Origin: Macrostomum hystrix | Lineage: Eukaryota > Animalia > Platyhelminthes | NCBI GenBank assembly: GCA_950097015.1 | Contig: CATNEN010000038.1 | Span: forward strand, 21,824,001 to 21,888,000 | Length of the DNA stretch: 64,000 nucleotides | Reading direction: 5' to 3' | Shown: positions 63,401 through 64,000 of the stretch, piece after piece | Position numbering within the stretch: position 1 is the first letter of the stretch | Layout of the letters: every line of letters begins with the position of its first letter | Position numbers and translations under genes: made by a program | The notes under the pieces: model-generated | Database searches by the model: none | Told to the model about the DNA's origin: nothing | Seen by the model: only the letters and a program-made list of their open reading frames with translations

Positions 63401-64000
63401 GCAGTCGCTTGTGGCAGTGTTCCTCCAGCCGTGCTCAGACCTGTTGTTTGGGGCGGAGCAGTCGTTTGTGGCAGTGTTCCTCCAGCCGTGCTCAGACCTG
63501 TTGTTTGGGGCGGAGCAGTCGTTTGTGTCGGAGTTCCTCCAGCCGTGCTCAGACCTGTTGTTTGGGGCTTAGCAGTCGTTTGTGTCGGAGTTCCTCCAGC
63601 CGTGCTCAGACCTGTTGTTTGGGGCGGAGCAGTCGTTTGTGTCGGAGTTCCTCCAGCCGTGCTCGAAGCCATCGCTTGGGGCGGAGCAGTCGTTTGTGGC
63701 AGTGTTCCTCCAGCCGTGCTTAGACCTGTTGTTTGGGGCTTAGCAGTCGTTTGTGTCGGAGTTCCTCCAGCCGTGCTCAGACCTGTTGTTTGGGGTGGAG
63801 CAGTCGCTTGTGGCAGTGTTCCTCCAGCCGTGCTCAGACCTGTTGTTTGGGGCGGAGCAGTCGTTTGTGGCAGTGTTCCTCCAGCCGTGCTTAGACCAGT
63901 TGTTTGGGGCGGAGCAGTCGTTTGTGGCAGTGTTCCTCCAGCCGTGCTCAGACCTGTTGTTTGGGGCGGAGCAGTCGTTTGTGGCAGTGTTCCTCCAGCC
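54423..64000 (-). CDS. MUC4-like membrane mucin, copy 2 (5' end beyond the window); same C-terminal domains, different PTS repeat
   Basis: NIDO, vWD, EGF and TM exons are essentially identical to copy 1; PTS exon from >64000 to about 60366 with 19-aa repeat [19 protein letters not shown]. Confidence 0.88.
55261..55372 (+). mobile_element. Truncated tRNA/CORE SINE at the position equivalent to 43008
   Basis: GGTTGTAGCC...GGTTCGATTCCCGACTC...AGCAGGACACTTAACTC. Confidence 0.8.
60620..64000 (-). repeat. Coding 57-bp tandem repeat (19-aa Thr-rich unit)
   Basis: About 59 copies up to the window end. Confidence 0.96.

Noticed and set aside
60580-63723. 1047-aa Cys/Ser/Arg-rich + strand ORF
   Set aside because: Antisense shadow of the 57-bp mucin repeat

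Overview
Intron-rich eukaryotic (invertebrate animal) genomic DNA. The minisatellite-filled introns and gene content resemble a free-living flatworm such as Macrostomum, but that is inference only. The left third holds four co-directional + strand genes: the 3' part of Nup160, an SLC16/MCT-type MFS transporter, UBE2J1 and NMD3. Most of their introns are phase 0, sit at AG|G sites and contain a distinct tandem repeat. A secreted PAN-like + fibrinogen-domain gene, a type I membrane mucin (- strand), a 7-exon Rab GTPase and a 3'-truncated DIRS/Ngaro-type retrotransposon with a clear -1 frameshift cassette follow. The right third holds two tandem - strand MUC4-like genes (mucin PTS-EGF-NIDO-AMOP-like-vWD-EGF-TM). 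Their C-terminal ~6 kb are nearly identical, including most introns, while their mucin repeat exons are unrelated. Also present: tRNA/CORE-type SINEs (one is a presence/absence insertion with TSD), a TIR element with a 9-bp TSD whose subterminal repeat expanded into a minisatellite, a decayed Merlin/IS1595-like transposase beside a CpG desert, and a 28-nt 28S rRNA fragment. Exon coordinates were derived by eye.
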